Assembly (NCBI GenBank): GCA_963797095.1
Contig: CAWCNY010000002.1
Location: 736,001 to 800,000 of the forward strand
Source: an uncultured Chloroflexia bacterium
GTDB lineage: Bacteria; Chloroflexota; Chloroflexia; QHBQ01; JADMIH01
Direction of reading: 5' to 3'
Length of the DNA stretch: 64,000 nucleotides
The notes under the pieces were generated by a model. That model was not told the origin of the DNA. It did no database searches and saw only the letters and a program-made list of their open reading frames with translations. Within the stretch, counting starts at the first letter, position 1. Each line of letters starts with the position of its first letter. The position numbers and the translations under genes were made by a program. Below, one piece after another: positions 60,177-64,000 of this stretch.

Positions 60177-61237
60177 GCGTGCCCGATCCGCTTTACGGCG
60201 ACGAGCTGGCCGCCGCTCGTGAGCAATTCAACGCGTTCATCGAGGCTGGCAATATTGAGCGTCCCCTCACCATTCTGTGCGATGGCGATGTGGACGGCCT
60301 GGGCGCGGGCGTCACCCTCTGGTACTTTCTCACCAGGCTTGACACTCCTCCCAATGCGATCACGGTGCTCCACCCCGACAAGGGAGAAAACGCTTTCACT
60401 CCCACCACGCGCGGCTATGTGGCTCGAACCCATCCCAAAGCCCTCTTTGTGCTCGACCTCGGCGTGGCGGGCAAGCAGATCATCCACTCGATCCCGACCC
60501 TGTTTATCGACCACCATCGCCCCACCGGAGAGCCACCCAACTCGACGGTGCTCACGAGCTATGGCTGGGACCCTGTGCCTACGTCCAGCCTGCTCACTTA
60601 TCTTTTGTGCAACGCCGATAGCACCCTGAACGATAAAGCGTGGGTAGCAGCCATCGGCAACATAGGCGATCTTGGACCTGAACACCCGGCGCTGACCCAG
60701 GCAGCCAAAGCGCAAAAGCTCAAATGGATGCGAGAGGCCACCACCCTCCTCAACGCCGCCAAGCGCAGCAGCCGCTATCCCATTGATGCGGCTTTTCGCG
60801 CTCTCAGAGATGCGGAGAGCGCCCAGGAGGTCGCAGAAGGCGGCACACTCGACCTTGCTCTTTTGAGAATATGCCGTTCAGAGGTAAGATCGGCGCTGGA
60901 CGAGGTGAAGAAACTGGCACCCAGATTCAGCAAGACCGAGCATGTGGCCCTATTCGAGTTCAGCGACCCCAACCGCATCCAACCCCTCCTGGCTCAAAGC
61001 TGGCATGGTCGCTTGATGAAATTTATCGTTATCGCCGCCAACAGCGGGTGGCTCCCTGGCAAGGTGGCCTTCAGCGCCCGCACCTCCTCAGGTGCGAACG
61101 TGCTCGAATTTCTACAGAGGTTCCGCGATGCCGTGCCCGGCGAGCTTGAATACGGCTATGGCCACGATCAGGCATCGGGCGGGGTCATTTCACAGGAAGG
61201 TTGGGATAAGCTCAAGGTTGCTATGGGCTTCGGCTGA
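60173..61237 (+). CDS. DHH family phosphoesterase
   Basis: DGDVDG, VLDLG, IDHH, GHDQASG. Confidence 0.85.
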   Translation: MSVPDPLYGDELAAAREQFNAFIEAGNIERPLTILCDGDVDGLGAGVTLWYFLTRLDTPPNAITVLHPDKGENAFTPTTRGYVARTHPKALFVLDLGVAGKQIIHSIPTLFIDHHRPTGEPPNSTVLTSYGWDPVPTSSLLTYLLCNADSTLNDKAWVAAIGNIGDLGPEHPALTQAAKAQKLKWMREATTLLNAAKRSSRYPIDAAFRALRDAESAQEVAEGGTLDLALLRICRSEVRSALDEVKKLAPRFSKTEHVALFEFSDPNRIQPLLAQSWHGRLMKFIVIAANSGWLPGKVAFSARTSSGANVLEFLQRFRDAVPGELEYGYGHDQASGGVISQEGWDKLKVAMGFG

Positions 61238-61263
61238 TATCGTTATCACGCACCAATTGCCTT

Positions 61264-62118
61264 CTACTTTACAATCTGTATCCATCGGGTGCACATTATG
61301 GAATACACTCCGAACGCCGCCAGGCCAAGTGCCACCACAAGAAGCGCAATTGTGCCGAACGGTCCTCCGGCGATGGTTGCCAGCACGCCGTCCAGGCTCT
61401 GCGCCTGACCGGGGTCGTTCTGCAACGCGGCGCGCACCAGGAAGATTCCGCCCAGTAAGAATACCACCCCGCGTGCTATATAACCTATTCTGCCGACCCA
61501 GGTGGCGACCTTCAACTCTTCCTCGGACATTTCCGATTTCTTGAACTGATAGGTGAACTTGGCAGTTACTCCCATGAAGCCCTGGCCTAAGGCCCCGCCT
61601 ATTGCGACCAGCCCCGCCACCAGCACAAGCCAGTGCCCAAGCGGTTGCGACAGTAGAAAAGCAGTCTCTTTGCTTGCGCCACTGCTCTGGTCCTGATTGG
61701 CGTTGGTGCCTGCGCCCCGAATAAAGTTAATTGTTGGGACGATTAAGCTTCCATAGGAAAGGGCGCTCACAACGTAGCCTCCACGCTGTGCCAGCCCCTT
61801 GGGAGATGTGCCCTTGCGCAAGGGATCGAGCACAGCCCGTACAAGGCCCCAGAGTGCATAGCCTGCAAGCCCAATCGCTACGCCCACCAGCAGCACCTTG
61901 CCAAAGGGTTGTTGGGCGATAGTGGCTATCGCGCCTGCCTTGCCCTCGACATCACTTCGCGCTCCAACCGCTACCTGCGCAGCGAGTATACCCACAAGCA
62001 CATAGAGCACGCCGCGTACGAGGTAGCCAAACCTCGCCAATCCCTCGATCCATGTACTGTGTTCAACCTTACTTGCGGCCTCTCTGCCGCCTTCCTTCGC
62101 TGTATCTATTGCTGACAT
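61264..62118 (-). CDS. DUF1206 membrane protein
   Basis: LARFGYLVRGVLY, QPFG, three-fold repeated TM pairs. Confidence 0.8.
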   Translation of the reverse strand: MSAIDTAKEGGREAASKVEHSTWIEGLARFGYLVRGVLYVLVGILAAQVAVGARSDVEGKAGAIATIAQQPFGKVLLVGVAIGLAGYALWGLVRAVLDPLRKGTSPKGLAQRGGYVVSALSYGSLIVPTINFIRGAGTNANQDQSSGASKETAFLLSQPLGHWLVLVAGLVAIGGALGQGFMGVTAKFTYQFKKSEMSEEELKVATWVGRIGYIARGVVFLLGGIFLVRAALQNDPGQAQSLDGVLATIAGGPFGTIALLVVALGLAAFGVYSIMCTRWIQIVK

Positions 62119-62324
62119 AGTAGCTCGCTTTGTGCCAGGTATATCGCCCACGAAGTTACTAAAGAGCATTACTCATGCCAGCAGAAGGTTTCTCGGTTTG
62201 CGTTTGGCACTTTCTTGCAAGGGGCATTTTCCGTTGCAGCAGGTAAGCACAGAGAGCACCACCATAAGAGGGCGATTACGCAGGAAATCCCCGGATTTGT
62301 GGCGTAGAAGAGATCAGGTCGCGC

Positions 62325-62684
62325 TCAGTACCGCGACCATTCGGGCGGCAACTGGAGCCTCTGCCTTGGCACTACTATGGTGCAGCCGCCATTTCGCATT
62401 GCATCCTCGCCATGTGCATAGGCGCACCTGCCCGGCACATCCAGCAAATATTCCGCGCCACGCATAAGGAGTTGCGCGTCGAACCCCTTGATCCGCGTAC
62501 CCTGCGCTTGCAGGCAGGCACGTACCGCCTCCCTGAGCACACCTTCGCCTCCGTGGCCTCTACCGTGGATCACGTTCAGTCCGTCATACCTGTCGCTAGT
62601 CAGCAGGCGATTGTATTCCATCACAAATCGCCTCATGCCTGCAGCAACGGTGTATCCATGTAGGTCCAGCGTGGCAAGGTTCAT
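62325..62684 (-). CDS. Stand-alone Smr domain protein
   Basis: LDLHG, VIHGRG, VLREAVR, NGGCT. Confidence 0.8.
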   Translation of the reverse strand: MNLATLDLHGYTVAAGMRRFVMEYNRLLTSDRYDGLNVIHGRGHGGEGVLREAVRACLQAQGTRIKGFDAQLLMRGAEYLLDVPGRCAYAHGEDAMRNGGCTIVVPRQRLQLPPEWSRY

Positions 62685-62767
62685 ACAAATGCGGAATGCG
62701 GAGCGCGGAGTGTGGGGTAGGGCGCTATCTATCGTTCCGAACTTCGCACTCCACACGCCGCACTACC

Positions 62768-63922
62768 TCAGTCCCTGTTTCCCTTAAGCAAATTCGATGC
62801 GATTACTATTCGCTGAATCTGCGAGGTCCCCTCGTATATCTCGGTGATCTTGGCGTCGCGGAAGAAGCGCTCGACCGGGTATTCTTTCACATAGCCATAG
62901 CCGCCATGTATCTGTACGGCAGACCACGCGCTCCTCATAGCCAATTCGCTGGCGAACAGCTTTGCCATGCTGGCCTCTTTGCTCACCCGCTGGCCCTTAT
63001 CGCGCATCGTCGCCGCTCTGTAGAGGAGCAGGCGTGCCGCGCTCAGCCCGGTCGCCATATCGGCCAGCATGAACTGGATCGCCTGGTGGTTGGAGATCGG
63101 CCCGCCGAACTGCTCTCTCTGTATGCTGTATGAGGTGGCTTCATCGAATGCACGCTGGGCGATGCCCACCGCTTGTGCAGCGATCCCGATACGTCCACCA
63201 TCCAGCAACGACATAGCGATCTTAAATCCCTGTCCCTCGTAGCCCAGCAAGCATTCCTCCGGAATCTCAGCGTCCTCGAAGATAAGCTGTGTGGTCTCCG
63301 AGGCCCTGATACCCATCTTGTTTTCCAGCTTGCCCACGGTCAGCCCCGGTACGTCTTTCGGGCAAATGAACGCCGATATGTTACGCGATGGCCTGTCCGT
63401 GTTCCCTGTCACCGCGAACAGGATCGCCACGTCGCAAGATTGGCCTGATGTGATCCAGGTCTTCGTGCCGTTCACCACATATACGTCCCCGCGTCGCACG
63501 CCGGTGGCCCTCATGGCGGCAGGGTTGGACCCCGCGTGGGCTTCCGACAGCGCGTATGCCCCTAACCACTCGCCGCTCGCAAGACTGGGGAGGTATTTCG
63601 CCTTCTGCTCGTCGTTGCCGAACATCATCAGCGCCATACAGGCCAGCGAATTATGCACCGACACAACAGTGCCGATAGCGGGCACCGACCGGTTGATTTC
63701 CTCCAGCATCAGGATGTACGACAATGTGTCGGCGCCCACACCACCGTACTCCTCAGGCACAAGCATCCCGGCAAAGCCCAACTCGCCCATCTTGTTGAAC
63801 ACATCTCGCGGGAAAATATCGCGCTCGTCCCACTCCTGGGCGTGCGGCTCAAGCTCGCGCAGCGCAAAGTCGTGGGCGGTGTCTCGGATCAGTTGTTGTT
63901 CGGGGTTCAATTCCAAGTTCAT
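62768..63922 (-). CDS. Acyl-CoA dehydrogenase (short/branched-chain type)
   Basis: YALSEAHAGS, NGTKTWIT, KMGIRAS, REQFG, QIHGGYGY, IYEGTSQIQR. Confidence 0.95.
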   Translation of the reverse strand: MNLELNPEQQLIRDTAHDFALRELEPHAQEWDERDIFPRDVFNKMGELGFAGMLVPEEYGGVGADTLSYILMLEEINRSVPAIGTVVSVHNSLACMALMMFGNDEQKAKYLPSLASGEWLGAYALSEAHAGSNPAAMRATGVRRGDVYVVNGTKTWITSGQSCDVAILFAVTGNTDRPSRNISAFICPKDVPGLTVGKLENKMGIRASETTQLIFEDAEIPEECLLGYEGQGFKIAMSLLDGGRIGIAAQAVGIAQRAFDEATSYSIQREQFGGPISNHQAIQFMLADMATGLSAARLLLYRAATMRDKGQRVSKEASMAKLFASELAMRSAWSAVQIHGGYGYVKEYPVERFFRDAKITEIYEGTSQIQRIVIASNLLKGNRD

Positions 63923-64000
63923 AAAGAATGCCTATCCCACATCATTTTGTTGCCGGGTGCTTACCTGCTATCACCAGGAGCGCTCTCAGATTCACCATAC

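Noticed and set aside
1-64000. tRNA/rRNA genes, prophage, retroelement or DGR
   Set aside because: No cloverleaf or rRNA signatures, phage structural genes or reverse transcriptase recognised by eye; tRNAscan-SE and cmscan would be needed to exclude them formally

Overview
Bacterial chromosomal window, probably Chloroflexota (inferred from the DnaA sequence style, an RRM protein, PolX, an F420-type LLM enzyme and Gram-positive-type regulatory boxes). It is centred on dnaA (32124-33791, minus strand) and an upstream cluster of DnaA boxes that looks like oriC. Most genes are housekeeping or metabolic: mutS, hisS, polX, an M3 peptidase, a MATE transporter, a split B12-dependent acyl-CoA mutase with meaB, an acyl-CoA dehydrogenase and ABC permeases. 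Accessory and decayed material includes a MazF-type TA pair, a degraded type IIG R-M gene, a Fic gene cut by IS256 and by a 371-bp non-autonomous IS200/IS605 element, and a run of frameshifted genes at 56.6-60.2 kb. The most unusual observations are: (1) an intact 1066-aa DnaE paralog that has lost the catalytic aspartates and the fingers domain but keeps the beta-clamp motif, HhH, OB fold and C-terminal domain; (2) many strand-oriented heptamer tandem repeats that also sit in frame inside at least five proteins; (3) extreme C>>G strand skew left of dnaA that fades instead of flipping; (4) tandem NrdR-like boxes over a dnaA promoter, a LexA box before DUF3224-DinB-mutS, and a structured leader before a GYD gene; (5) several REP/MITE repeat families. 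I saw no rRNA, tRNA, CRISPR array or prophage. All family assignments come from motif recognition by eye, not from database searches.
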